DNA of 64,000 nucleotides from Candidatus Omnitrophota bacterium (lineage in GTDB: Bacteria; Omnitrophota; Gorgyraeia; Zapsychrales; Zapsychraceae): positions 267 through 64,266 of the forward strand of contig DATDQB010000024.1 in the NCBI GenBank assembly GCA_035292445.1. Reading direction: 5' to 3'. Made by a program: the position numbers and the translations under genes. The notes below the pieces were generated by a model. That model saw only the letters and a program-made list of their open reading frames with translations, did not search any database and was not told the DNA's origin. Of the stretch, positions 40,888-50,767 are shown piece after piece (the first letter of the stretch is position 1; each line of letters opens with the position of its first letter).

Positions 40888-41658
40888 ATGGACAATCGTA
40901 AAATCCTTATCTTCGAGAATTCATTCACCCTAACCAATTTTTTATTGAAAGAATGGGTAAGGACCGTTAATGAGGCCGTTGAAGACCATAACCGCTTTGT
41001 GGTCGCCTTATCCGGCGGGAAGACCCCGGCCGAGTTTTATACGCGCCTGTCGCACCTCGAAGAGTTCGATCTATGGCATAAAACCCATATTTTCCTGGCC
41101 GATGAGCATTTTGTCCCTTACGACGACCCGGAAAGCAACTTCCGGATGATCAACGATAACCTGCTTCATTACGTCCCTATCCCGCCTCAGAACGTCCATC
41201 CGATCAAGACAAAATATGAAAATGTCCTTATCGCGACCGAAGAGTATAAACATGAATTGATCTATTTCTTCGAATTAAAGGAGCGTAAGTTGCCGCGTTT
41301 CGATCTCATCATGCTGGGCATGGGCGAAGACGGCCAAGTCGCCTCTTTATTCCCCGGCGAGAAGGGCATTGATGACCCCAACCGTTTGACTATCCCTGTT
41401 TCTGCTTATCAAAGCCGGACCGAGCGCGTTAGCCTTTCTTTGCCGGTCATCAATAACGCCCGCACCGTAGTGTTTATCATTCAGGGCTTAAGAAAGGCGG
41501 ATATGGTAAAGAAAGTCCTTGAAGAGAACATTGATGTCCCGGCCCAACATGTCCATCCTGCCGATGGTCGACTGATGTTCCTGTTGGATAGAGAAGCCGC
41601 ATCCCGGTTATCCTCTCCCAGAAAGTTCACCGATCACGGTGAAGCCATTTCCATTTAG
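40888..41658 (+). CDS. pgl: 6-phosphogluconolactonase
   Basis: FVVALSGGKTP...DLIMLGMGEDGQVASLFPG. Confidence 0.8.
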   Translation: MDNRKILIFENSFTLTNFLLKEWVRTVNEAVEDHNRFVVALSGGKTPAEFYTRLSHLEEFDLWHKTHIFLADEHFVPYDDPESNFRMINDNLLHYVPIPPQNVHPIKTKYENVLIATEEYKHELIYFFELKERKLPRFDLIMLGMGEDGQVASLFPGEKGIDDPNRLTIPVSAYQSRTERVSLSLPVINNARTVVFIIQGLRKADMVKKVLEENIDVPAQHVHPADGRLMFLLDREAASRLSSPRKFTDHGEAISI

Positions 41659-41850
41659 TCCTTCGACTCATTAATTTTTTTTATAGCCACTTACCGCTCA
41701 GGACTAATGGTGAGCAATAAAACTGGTGAAAAAATTTAGTTGTCGAACCATTAGCAAAGGCGTTTTTTGTTGAAAAATAAAAATCATGAAATACTTGTAT
41801 CGAGGGGCTTGCTCCATAAGTATAATTGTATTAATAATATTATTATAACT

Positions 41851-43326
41851 ATGGACCCTTGGCGTCATTTAAAAAACCTTAATAAAAGCCAAATCACCGA
41901 GCTTCAGAATAAGAAGCTGCGCGATTTTATCCGCCACTACGTTTATCCCTTCAGCCCTCATTACAGAAAAATTTTTGATGACAATAAGATCGATCCGGAA
42001 TCTATCAAGACAGCCGATGATCTAAGGCGCGTCCCGTTCATTTCAAAGAAGGATTTCCTGGAGAATGAAACAAAATTCCGCGATTGCGTTTTGCAACCCG
42101 ATGCCCAGAAGATCAAAAAATTTTGGAACGCCTCGCGCCTGACCAAGTTCATTTTTGAAAGAACTTTTAAAGGGAAAGAGTACGTTGAGCATAAACTCGG
42201 CTTTGAATTCCGCCCTGTTTTCATGACCTTCACCGGCGGCACGACCAACCAGCCCGTTGTGTTCCTTTATACCAATTACGACATCCAGAACCTGCATACC
42301 TCCGGCGCCCGGATGGTGAATTTATTCGACATCAAACCGGATGAAAGGATCGTCAATATATTCCCTTACGCGCCGCATCTGGCCTTTTGGCAGGTCGTCT
42401 TCGGCGCCTTCGCTTCCAACGTCATGGCGCTCAGTACCGGCGGCGGAAAGACCATCGGCACCGAGGGCAACATCAAAGCGCTTTTGAGGATGAAGCCCAG
42501 CGTCGTCATGGGCGTCCCCAGTTATGTTTATCACGTCTTTCGCACGGCGCGCGAGCAGGGATGCAAAATGGATTTTGTCAAAAAGGTCGTTTTGGGGGCC
42601 GCGCGGGTGACGGTCGCTTTCAAGCAAAAGTTGGCCGAGATCATAGAAGGGATGGGGGCCAGGGACGTTGCCATTTTCGGGACGTACGGCTTTACGGAAG
42701 CGCGTTGCGCTTGGGCGGAAAGCCCATCGCCGTTGGATGTCTCAAGCGGGTATCATCTTTACCCGGACAAAGAGATCTTCGAGGTGATCGACCCTGAGAC
42801 AGGAGAGGTCAAGAAAGAAGGCGAAGACGGAGAATTGGTATATACGGGGCTCGATGCCCGCGGCAGCGTGATGTTGCGTTATCGCACGGGGGACTTTGTC
42901 AAAGGCGGGATCACCTACGCCCCGTCAAAATATTCCCGTTTAAGCGTTCCGCGCATTTCAAGCGACATCACCCGGTTATCCGATGTCAAGGACCTGCAGT
43001 TCTCCAAAGTCAAAGGGGCTCTTATGAATTTCAGCGTTTTTCCCGCTTTGTTCTCGGAGATCAAAGCGATCGATGAATGGCAGATCGAGCTTAAGAAAAG
43101 GAACAATGACCCCTTTGATATGGATGAAATGGTCATTTACGCCACCATCAAGAACCATAACAACCCGGACAAGTTGAAAGAGGAAATTAAAAGCAGGATG
43201 GTGGCGGTGACGGAAGTATCGCCCAATGAGATCCATTTCATCGGCATGGATGAGATGGTGAAGCGCCTGGAGCTTGAGACCGCGAATAAGGAAAGAAGGA
43301 TTTTGGATAACAGGCCGAAGTCGTGA
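41851..43326 (+). CDS. Adenylate-forming enzyme, phenylacetate-CoA ligase (PaaK) / coenzyme F390 synthetase-like family
   Basis: FTGGTTNQPVVF (variant of the AMP-binding TSGTTGxP motif), YGFTEA, PaaK-like length. The track ORF starts at 41767, but its first 28 codons lie in the AT-rich repeat region, so I used ATG 41851. Confidence 0.65.
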   Translation: MDPWRHLKNLNKSQITELQNKKLRDFIRHYVYPFSPHYRKIFDDNKIDPESIKTADDLRRVPFISKKDFLENETKFRDCVLQPDAQKIKKFWNASRLTKFIFERTFKGKEYVEHKLGFEFRPVFMTFTGGTTNQPVVFLYTNYDIQNLHTSGARMVNLFDIKPDERIVNIFPYAPHLAFWQVVFGAFASNVMALSTGGGKTIGTEGNIKALLRMKPSVVMGVPSYVYHVFRTAREQGCKMDFVKKVVLGAARVTVAFKQKLAEIIEGMGARDVAIFGTYGFTEARCAWAESPSPLDVSSGYHLYPDKEIFEVIDPETGEVKKEGEDGELVYTGLDARGSVMLRYRTGDFVKGGITYAPSKYSRLSVPRISSDITRLSDVKDLQFSKVKGALMNFSVFPALFSEIKAIDEWQIELKKRNNDPFDMDEMVIYATIKNHNNPDKLKEEIKSRMVAVTEVSPNEIHFIGMDEMVKRLELETANKERRILDNRPKS

Positions 43327-43392
43327 ATCGTGGATCGTAGATCGCGAATCGTGGATCTTTGACGAACCACGATCCACAATGCACGATCCACG
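43327..43392. repeat. Intergenic inverted repeat built from CGTGGATC units, no cargo
   Basis: atcgtggatcgtagatcgcgaatcgtggatc ... gaaccacgatccacaatgcacgatccacga. Confidence 0.7.
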
Positions 43393-43405
43393 AGAAGGAT
43401 AAATT

Positions 43406-44692
43406 ATGAGCCGTATAGCTGTTGTCGATGGTATTCGAACTCCTTTTTGCAAAATGGGGACGGATTTTAACGACCTCTCCGCCCAAGAGCTGGGGCGTTT
43501 GGCGGCGCGGGAACTCCTGGAGCGTACCGGCTTTGATCCGCATGATCTGAGCGAAGTGATCTTCGGTTGCGTTGGCCAGCCGGCAGATGCGGCCAATATT
43601 TCCCGCGTGGTTGCTTTAATGGCCGGCGTGCCCAAAGAAGTGCCGGCCTATACGGTGCACCGTAACTGCGCTTCAGGGGTTGAATCGGCTGTCCAGGCCT
43701 TTATGAAGATCCAGGTCGGGGAAGGGGATTGTTATCTGGTCGGCGGCACCGAGTCCATGAGCAATATCCCGGTCTATTTGGCCAAATCGCTTCAGGACCA
43801 ATACATGGGGCTGCCCAGGGCAAAAACGTTTGGCCAAAAGGTTGGCAGCATTCTAAAGTTCTATTCCAAGTATTTAAATTTCCAGAAGAATTTAAGGGTC
43901 GGCCTGCAATTAGGCTTGACCGATCCGGTCTGCGGGCTTTTGATGGGGGGCACCGCGGAGGTTTTGGTCAAGGAATTCGGGATCACGCGCAGACAGCAGG
44001 ATGAGTTCGCGCTTCTTAGCCATCAGCGCGCTATCGCCGCAAAAAAAATTTTACGCGAGGAGATCATGCCGATCATTCCCGGTCCCAAATATAAGGCGGC
44101 CGTGCAGGATGATAACGGACCGCGCGAAGGCCAGACGATGGAAGCGCTGGCCAAATTAAAGCCTTATTTTGAGCGTGGCACGGGCTCGGTAACGGTGGGC
44201 AATTCCAGCCAAGTTACCGACGGAGCCGCCGCGTTATTGATCATGTCAGATGAAAAGGCCAGGAGCTTGGGGTATAAGCCGTTGGGTTTTATCAAATCCT
44301 ACGCTTTTGCCGGCGTTGAACCGGACCGGATGGGGATCGGCCCGGCGCACGCGATCCCGAAAGCGTTAAAGAAAGCGCAATTGAAGCTAAGGGACATGAA
44401 AGCCGTTGAGATCAACGAGGCTTTTGCGGCGCAGGTCTTGGCGTGCCTGAAAGCGCTGGCCAGCGACGATTTCGCGAAAAAATTCGGTTATGAGGGATTT
44501 ACGGGAGAGATCAACCGGGAGATCCTAAACGTGAACGGCGGCGCCATTGCCTTGGGGCATCCGGTCGGCACGAGCGGGACAAGGTTGATCCTCACCATGC
44601 TTAAACATATGAACCGCCAGAACCTGGATTTCGGGCTGGTTTCGCTTTGTGTGGGCGGAGGCCAGGGGGCCGCGGTGGTTTTGGAAAGATAA
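43406..44692 (+). CDS. Acetyl-CoA C-acyltransferase (thiolase)
   Basis: NCASGVESAV (active-site Cys), C-terminal GHPVGTSG and CVGGGQG. Confidence 0.9.
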   Translation: MSRIAVVDGIRTPFCKMGTDFNDLSAQELGRLAARELLERTGFDPHDLSEVIFGCVGQPADAANISRVVALMAGVPKEVPAYTVHRNCASGVESAVQAFMKIQVGEGDCYLVGGTESMSNIPVYLAKSLQDQYMGLPRAKTFGQKVGSILKFYSKYLNFQKNLRVGLQLGLTDPVCGLLMGGTAEVLVKEFGITRRQQDEFALLSHQRAIAAKKILREEIMPIIPGPKYKAAVQDDNGPREGQTMEALAKLKPYFERGTGSVTVGNSSQVTDGAAALLIMSDEKARSLGYKPLGFIKSYAFAGVEPDRMGIGPAHAIPKALKKAQLKLRDMKAVEINEAFAAQVLACLKALASDDFAKKFGYEGFTGEINREILNVNGGAIALGHPVGTSGTRLILTMLKHMNRQNLDFGLVSLCVGGGQGAAVVLER

Positions 44693-44708
44693 AAAAGGAG
44701 TATCGAGT

Positions 44709-44775
44709 CGTAAGCCATAAGCTGTAAGCCTTAAAAAAAATTTAAAGCTTACGGCTTAAAGCTTACGGCTTAAGG
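44709..44775. repeat. Intergenic inverted repeat built from GTAAGC/GCTTAC units, no cargo
   Basis: cgtaagccataagctgtaagcc-ttaaaaaaaatttaaa-gcttacggcttaaagcttacggcttaagg. Confidence 0.7.
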
Positions 44776-44781
44776 CTAAAT

Positions 44782-46911
44782 ATGGGCGTTTTTTTAAAAC
44801 AAGATAAAGACATCGCGTACATCGAATTCGACCTTCCTGATTCCAAAGTGAATCTTTTGACCGGTGAGGTCTTAAAGAAATTGGACGGGATCTTGGGCAT
44901 CATAAACTCCGATCAAAAGATCAAAGCGGTCGTCATTTCAAGTAAAAAGCAAAATGTGTTCATCGCTGGCGCCGATATTAAAGAAATAGAGCAGATCACG
45001 GACCCCTCTGAAGGCGCCGAAAAAGCCAGGCTGGGCCAGGATATTTTCAATAAGCTCGAGGACTTAAGCGCCCCCACGATCGCCGTCATCGATGGCGTTG
45101 TTTTAGGCGGCGGCTGTGAGCTCATTCTCGCCTGCACGTACCGCATCGCCACGTTTAACGAGAAGGTAAGGATCGGCCTTCCTGAAGTCAATTTAGGCAT
45201 CCTCCCGGGTTTCGGCGGGACGTACCGCATGCCGCGCACCGTCGGCCTTTCGGACGGGCTTACGTTAATTTTAACGGGAAAGCCCATCGACAGCCGTAAG
45301 GCGTTCAAGATGGGCTTGGTGGACCGGCTCGTTCCCCAGGCCGGGTTAAAGGAAAGCGCGGAGGGTTTTGTCCAGGAGATCCTCCAGTATCAATCGCACC
45401 GGAAATACCGGCCTAAAAAGAAAAAGGGGATCCTTGGATTTATGGAAGGGAACCCGTTGGGGCACAAGATCATTTTTCATCAATCCCGGCAGAACGTGCT
45501 GAAAGCCTCGAAAGGGTTTTATCCGGCCCCTTTAAGGGCCATCGATACGGTTAAAAAAAGTTTCACCATGAGCCGGGAAGCCGGCCTTAAGCTCGAAAGG
45601 AACGCTTTCGCGGAACTTGTTGGCACGAACGTATGCAAGAATTTGATCAAAGTTTTTTATCTTTCCGAAAAATATAAAAAGTTAAGCCTTGAGGGGGCGG
45701 AGAATATCAAGCCGCAACCGGTTCACAAATGCGGCATCCTGGGCGCCGGCGTGATGGGAGGCGGGATCGCGCAGCTTTTAAGCTCCAGAGATATTTCCGC
45801 GCGGTTAAAGGACATCAATTTTGAGGCGCTGGCGAGCGGCCTAAAGGCGGCCAAGAAGATCTATGACCAGGCTGTTAAGAAGAGAGTTTTCACCCAAGCC
45901 CAGGCGCAGCGAAAGATGGCGCAGATCACGACGACCTTGGATTATACGGGTTTTCAAAATGTCGACTGCGTGATCGAGGCGGTCGTTGAGAATTTGGAGG
46001 TTAAGAAAAAGGTCTTTCAGGAAGTGAGCGAGGCGGTTTCTCCCAGGACGATTCTTGCGACCAATACCTCGGCGTTATCCGTGACCAAGATGGCTGCCCA
46101 GGCCAAAGACCCCTCCAAGACAATCGGTTTCCATTTTTTTAATCCGGTGCACCGCATGCCGCTCATCGAGATCATCGTGGCCCCCCAAACTTCATCGGAT
46201 ACGGTCGTGAGCGCTTTGGAGTTGGCGAAGCGTTTGGGCAAGATCCCCATTTTGGTCAAGGACTCCTGCGGATTTTTGGTGAACCGCATCCTTCTGCATT
46301 ATATCAATGAGGCCGGATATCTCTTGGAGGAAACCGGAAATGTTGAGGCTATTGATGAGGCGATCACTAAATTCGGCATGCCGATGGGCCCGTTCTTGCT
46401 TTCCGATGAAGTCGGGCTTGACGTCGGAATAAAAGTTTTGCACATTTTGGAACAAAATTTCGGCGAACGTTTCAAAGTGGCCGCTATTTTTGAGAAGATC
46501 ACCCAGGCCGGGATGCTGGGTAAAAAAGGCGGCAAAGGCTATTACCTCCATGAGAGTGAGAAACGCCACGTTAACCCGGAAATCTCAAAGATGCTGCCTA
46601 ACGTCCATTTCAAGGCATTCGATTTAGCTCAATGCCAGCAACGGTTGGTTTTTGCCATGGTTAACGAGGCGGCGCGATGCCTGGAAGACGGCATCATCAA
46701 AGAGGCGGATACGGTCGATGCCGGCATGATCTTCGGGACAGGATTTCCGCCGTTTCACGGAGGGCTGTTGCGTTATGCCGATCAGGCGGGCATCGGGTCT
46801 ATCGTGGAAAGGCTGGATGAATTTTGCAACAAGTTCCAGACGAATCGGCTTCGCCCTTGCGAATATTTGCGGGATATGGCAAAAAAAGGAAAAAGGTTTT
46901 ATAGCCGCTGA
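44782..46911 (+). CDS. Fatty-acid oxidation complex alpha subunit (enoyl-CoA hydratase / 3-hydroxyacyl-CoA dehydrogenase), FadJ/FadB type
   Basis: Crotonase fold (FIAGADI, GGGCELILAC) followed by an NAD-binding GILGAGVMGGGIA and a 3HCDH C-domain. Confidence 0.9.
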   Translation: MGVFLKQDKDIAYIEFDLPDSKVNLLTGEVLKKLDGILGIINSDQKIKAVVISSKKQNVFIAGADIKEIEQITDPSEGAEKARLGQDIFNKLEDLSAPTIAVIDGVVLGGGCELILACTYRIATFNEKVRIGLPEVNLGILPGFGGTYRMPRTVGLSDGLTLILTGKPIDSRKAFKMGLVDRLVPQAGLKESAEGFVQEILQYQSHRKYRPKKKKGILGFMEGNPLGHKIIFHQSRQNVLKASKGFYPAPLRAIDTVKKSFTMSREAGLKLERNAFAELVGTNVCKNLIKVFYLSEKYKKLSLEGAENIKPQPVHKCGILGAGVMGGGIAQLLSSRDISARLKDINFEALASGLKAAKKIYDQAVKKRVFTQAQAQRKMAQITTTLDYTGFQNVDCVIEAVVENLEVKKKVFQEVSEAVSPRTILATNTSALSVTKMAAQAKDPSKTIGFHFFNPVHRMPLIEIIVAPQTSSDTVVSALELAKRLGKIPILVKDSCGFLVNRILLHYINEAGYLLEETGNVEAIDEAITKFGMPMGPFLLSDEVGLDVGIKVLHILEQNFGERFKVAAIFEKITQAGMLGKKGGKGYYLHESEKRHVNPEISKMLPNVHFKAFDLAQCQQRLVFAMVNEAARCLEDGIIKEADTVDAGMIFGTGFPPFHGGLLRYADQAGIGSIVERLDEFCNKFQTNRLRPCEYLRDMAKKGKRFYSR

Positions 46912-46913
46912 CC

Positions 46914-47474
46914 ATGGACCGGCGCACTAAACAAAAAATCATCTTCGCTCTTATAGGGATCTTGGGCGTTCTTTTGATCAGTTACGCCGGGGTTGTTTAT
47001 TATCAGGGGTACGGTTTTAGAAAATACACGGACCGGCAGGCTGGTTTCAGCATCCAGTACCCGCGCGAGTGGGCGTACGCGCCCAATAAGGACGGGGCAA
47101 ACGTCATTTTTTATACGCCGCTGGAAAGCGATTATGATGCGTTTCAAGAAAATATCAATGTGGCGGTCAAGGATATTTCAGCCAATCCGGTGGGTCTTGA
47201 CGAATTTACAAGGATCGCCATCAGGCAAATGGAAATCGTTTTTAAGGACCGGATAGAAGTCCTGGAGTCGACGCCCTATAATCTCGGGAACCGGTTCGGG
47301 CATAAATTTGTTTTTCAGATCAAAGGCATTGCTTTGTCAGCGAGAATGATGATGGTATGGACGGTCAAGGGTGACAAGGCATTTCAAGTCACCTATACCG
47401 CCCAGACAGATACTTATGGTCATTATATGGATATAGTCGAAAAAATGCTCAAGTCTTTTAAACTTCTAGGTTAG
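46914..47474 (+). CDS. Membrane-anchored PsbP/DUF1795-like hypothetical protein. Paralog of the 28527 gene
   Basis: N-terminal TM, FSIQYPREWAY motif. Confidence 0.45.
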   Translation: MDRRTKQKIIFALIGILGVLLISYAGVVYYQGYGFRKYTDRQAGFSIQYPREWAYAPNKDGANVIFYTPLESDYDAFQENINVAVKDISANPVGLDEFTRIAIRQMEIVFKDRIEVLESTPYNLGNRFGHKFVFQIKGIALSARMMMVWTVKGDKAFQVTYTAQTDTYGHYMDIVEKMLKSFKLLG

Positions 47475-47476
47475 AA

Positions 47477-48544
47477 ATGGTCATGCTTATTTCTCCAAAT
47501 GAGCTCCGGGACGTGAAAGGAACGCAACCCCTTTGCCCGCTTTTCGGTGAATGCGGCGGCTGCGCTTTCCAGGACATCCCTTATGAAGAAGAGCTTCTTA
47601 TTAAGGAGAGGACCGTTAAAGAAGAGCTTTGCCGGTGGATAGATGTGGAGGAAAAGGCCTTTGAGCCTATGATCGGCTCTCCCCAACCGTATCGCTACCG
47701 CCATCGCATCGACCTTAAGCTCCAGAAGACCAGAAACGGCATTTTGATCGGTTTCACGCCAAAGGAGGGATTTGGTATCCTTCCGGTCGATAATTGCCCG
47801 ATCGCCGAGGATAGCATTAACCGGCTCATCCCGGCGATCAAACAGGAGGCGCTGGGTAAGATCACGGCCAAGCACCGGCAGGCCAATTTGGTCATCCGCA
47901 CATCGCAAGACGGCCGCGTCTTTTGGGGCGGGATCGGGCGGAAGTCCTTGAGGATGAAAGAAGAGGATTATTTTTGGGCCGAAATTAATGGCCGAAGGAT
48001 CTTTTACTCATTGGATACTTTTTTTCAGGCGAATTTATCCATTCTTCCCAAGCTGATCCAAACGATGCGCGAGTTAAAGATCTGGTCAAAAGAGCGCATC
48101 TTGTTCGATCTCTACGGCGGGGTCGGCTTGTTCGGGATTTCGCTCGCCGATCTGGTGAAGAAAGTCATTCTTATCGAAGAAGTCGGCGCGTCCATTGAAT
48201 TGGCGCGCCACAATGCCGCCTATCATCGCTACTCCAATATGGATGTTATCGAAGGCCGGGTGGAAGACCGATGGCCCACGCTTATCGAAGGGCAAAACGG
48301 CCAAGGCCATATCATTATCATTGACCCGCCCCGTTCGGGCTTAAGCCCGCAAGCCAAAAATGTTTTGTGCTCGAGCGATAACGTGAAGTTTATTTTATAC
48401 CTCTCATGCAACCCGACATCGCTGGCGAGGGACCTGGCCGATTTCTTAAAAGAAGGGTGGCAGCTGAAAAAAGTCATCCCGTTTGATTTTTTCCCTAAAA
48501 CAAAACATATCGAAACATTGGCCTTATTAGAGAGGCAAACATGA
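47477..48544 (+). CDS. 23S rRNA (uracil-C5)-methyltransferase, RlmD/RumA family (Fe-S plus class I SAM methyltransferase)
   Basis: Four-Cys cluster CPLFGECGGCAFQ...C, SAM motif DLYGGVGLFG, IIIIDPPRSGL. Confidence 0.8.
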   Translation: MVMLISPNELRDVKGTQPLCPLFGECGGCAFQDIPYEEELLIKERTVKEELCRWIDVEEKAFEPMIGSPQPYRYRHRIDLKLQKTRNGILIGFTPKEGFGILPVDNCPIAEDSINRLIPAIKQEALGKITAKHRQANLVIRTSQDGRVFWGGIGRKSLRMKEEDYFWAEINGRRIFYSLDTFFQANLSILPKLIQTMRELKIWSKERILFDLYGGVGLFGISLADLVKKVILIEEVGASIELARHNAAYHRYSNMDVIEGRVEDRWPTLIEGQNGQGHIIIIDPPRSGLSPQAKNVLCSSDNVKFILYLSCNPTSLARDLADFLKEGWQLKKVIPFDFFPKTKHIETLALLERQT

Positions 48545-48840
48545 AACAAAATCCAATGCCCTACCAAAAACAAATTTTTGTTTGCACTAATGATCGAAAG
48601 GGTGAAAAGCCCAGTTGCGGCGACCATCAGGGTGATATCATTTTCCAACAATTACGCCAGATCGCCAAGGACCGGGGGCTGCATCCCAAGATCCGCGTGG
48701 CGCAGGCCAAATGCTTGGGCCAATGCGCGCAAGGGACAACGATCATGATCTATCCGGATAATATCTGGTATTCCAGCGTCCGGTTGGAAGATGTGTCAAC
48801 GATTGCCGAACAATACTTAAAACCATCAAGAACGGAGTAA
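48541..48840 (+). CDS. Thioredoxin-like [2Fe-2S] ferredoxin
   Basis: Four Cys in CTNDRKG...SCGDH...CLGQCAQG. Confidence 0.6.
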   Translation: MKQNPMPYQKQIFVCTNDRKGEKPSCGDHQGDIIFQQLRQIAKDRGLHPKIRVAQAKCLGQCAQGTTIMIYPDNIWYSSVRLEDVSTIAEQYLKPSRTE

Positions 48841-48844
48841 TGCC

Positions 48845-50671
48845 ATGAGCCTATTTGATAAAAATATGAGCGCCGAGAAAAAAGCCTCGCTGGAATTTGC
48901 CGAGGACCAGCGGGAAACGGAGTGGAAGCACCCCTCCTTCGCCTTGCAGCTGTTTCACGGCAACCCCGACTGGCGGCTGATCCATCCTTTTCCGGCGCAG
49001 TCGCAAGAGGATAAACGCACCGGCGATGAATACGTGGCCGCCCTCCAGGATTTCCTTGTCAAGAACCTTGACCCTAATGAAGTGGACCAAACCGGCATCA
49101 TCCCGGAGAAAGTTTATAAAGGGCTTAGCCAGTTAAAGGCCTTTGCCATGAAGATCCCCAAAGAATACGGTGGCCTGGGCCTAAGCCAGGTCAATTATAA
49201 CCGCGCTATCCATCTGGTATCCAGTTACTGCGGGTCAACGGCCGTTTTGCTCTCCGCGCATCAAAGTATCGGCGTGCCCCAGCCGTTAAAATTGTTCGGG
49301 ACCGAGGAGCAGAAAAAAAAATATTTTCCGATGTTCGCCAAAGGCGCGATTTCGGCGTTCGCTTTGACCGAGCCCGGCGCGGGCTCCGACCCGCGGAAAA
49401 TGACGACGACGGCGAACCCCATCGAAGACGGGAAATATTTCCTGATCAACGGGGAGAAGCTCTGGTGCACCAATGGCCCGATCGCCCAAGTGATCGTGGT
49501 CATGGCGGTAACGCCGCCCGTCATGGTCGATGGAAAAGAGAAAAAACAGATCACGGCCTTTATTGTCGAAACCAGCACACCGGGGGTTGAAACGGTCCAT
49601 CGTTGCAAATTCATGGGGCTCAATGGCATTCAAAATGGGCTTCTTCGGTTTACGAACGTTAAAGTGCCGCGGGAGAATATCATCCTTAAAGAAGGAGAAG
49701 GGCTTAAGCTGGCACTGACGACCTTGAACACGGGGCGCCTGACGCTGCCGGCCGCATCCGTCGGTATCGCCAAATGGTGCCTGAACGTTTCGCGCAAATG
49801 GGCCGGCCAGCGCAAGCAATGGGGCGCGGCGATCGGCGAGCATGAAAGCATCGCCCTTAAATTAAGTTATATCACCGGCCACACCTTTGCGATGGACGCG
49901 ATGGCCTGGCTGACCTCGGCCATGGCGGATGATAAAAAGAACGATATCCGCATCGAAGCGGCCATCGCCAAATATTTTTGCACGCATCACAGCTGGGTCA
50001 TTACCGACGAAACGCTTCAGATCCGCGGCGGGCAGGGCTATGAGCAGTACGCATCGCTCAAAGCCCGCGGCACGGACAGCTGGCCGGTGGAGCGGGTGTT
50101 GAGGGACGTGCGCATCAATCTGATCATTGAGGGCACCTCGGAGATCATGCATCTATTCATCGCCCGCGAGGCCTTGGACCCGCACTTGCGCCAACTCAAG
50201 GCGATGTTAAAGGGGAAAATTTTACCTGTGCTCGGGCATTATCTATGGTGGTATCCGGCGCTTTGGTGCCCTTCCATCACTACGTTCCAAACGGTCGATG
50301 GGGGTTTGAAGCGGCATATGCGTTATGTGCAAAATACCAGCAAACGCCTCGCTTTGGAAACATTTCACCAGATGATGAAATATCAAAAGAAGCTTGAGGC
50401 CCGCCAGGCGATCCTTAACCGCATCGTCGATATCGGGACCGAGCTTTTTGCGATGGCCGCCACCTGTTCGTACGCGGACCATTTGGCCAGGACACAGCCC
50501 GAGCAAGCCAACGCCGTGGAACTGGCGGATCTCTTCTGCCGCGCTTCCCGGGCGCGGATCGCGGATCTATTTAAGGAGAACGCCAGTAATTTTGACAAGC
50601 AGAGCATCTCGGTATCCAAAAAACTCTTGGCCGGCCGCTATGAATGGCTGGAGAATGAGATAATTAAATAA
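48845..50671 (+). CDS. Long-chain acyl-CoA dehydrogenase family protein (FadE-like, ~600 aa)
   Basis: ACAD N, middle and C domains (FALTEPGAGSD, LINGEKLWCTNG, IRGGQGY) with a C-terminal extension. Confidence 0.8.
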   Translation: MSLFDKNMSAEKKASLEFAEDQRETEWKHPSFALQLFHGNPDWRLIHPFPAQSQEDKRTGDEYVAALQDFLVKNLDPNEVDQTGIIPEKVYKGLSQLKAFAMKIPKEYGGLGLSQVNYNRAIHLVSSYCGSTAVLLSAHQSIGVPQPLKLFGTEEQKKKYFPMFAKGAISAFALTEPGAGSDPRKMTTTANPIEDGKYFLINGEKLWCTNGPIAQVIVVMAVTPPVMVDGKEKKQITAFIVETSTPGVETVHRCKFMGLNGIQNGLLRFTNVKVPRENIILKEGEGLKLALTTLNTGRLTLPAASVGIAKWCLNVSRKWAGQRKQWGAAIGEHESIALKLSYITGHTFAMDAMAWLTSAMADDKKNDIRIEAAIAKYFCTHHSWVITDETLQIRGGQGYEQYASLKARGTDSWPVERVLRDVRINLIIEGTSEIMHLFIAREALDPHLRQLKAMLKGKILPVLGHYLWWYPALWCPSITTFQTVDGGLKRHMRYVQNTSKRLALETFHQMMKYQKKLEARQAILNRIVDIGTELFAMAATCSYADHLARTQPEQANAVELADLFCRASRARIADLFKENASNFDKQSISVSKKLLAGRYEWLENEIIK

Positions 50672-50680
50672 AGATAATCA

Positions 50681-50761
50681 AGTCATCAGTCATCAGCCGT
50701 CAGTCTTCAGAAGTTATCGGGCTGACAGTTTCTGACGACTGAAGACTGAAGACGGACGACT
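50681..50761. repeat. Intergenic inverted repeat built from GTCATCAG/GTCTTCAG units, no cargo
   Basis: agtcatcagtcatcagccgtcagtcttcag ... ctgacgactgaagactgaagacggacgac. Confidence 0.65.
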
Positions 50762-50767
50762 TTAACA

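Noticed and set aside
41640-41750. Third copy of the intergenic repeat element as a full feature
   Set aside because: Only short segments match (aatggtgagca, gagtcgaagg-like, gtcgaacc) and they are in mixed orientation. This is too degenerate to give boundaries, so it is mentioned only within the repeat-family finding.
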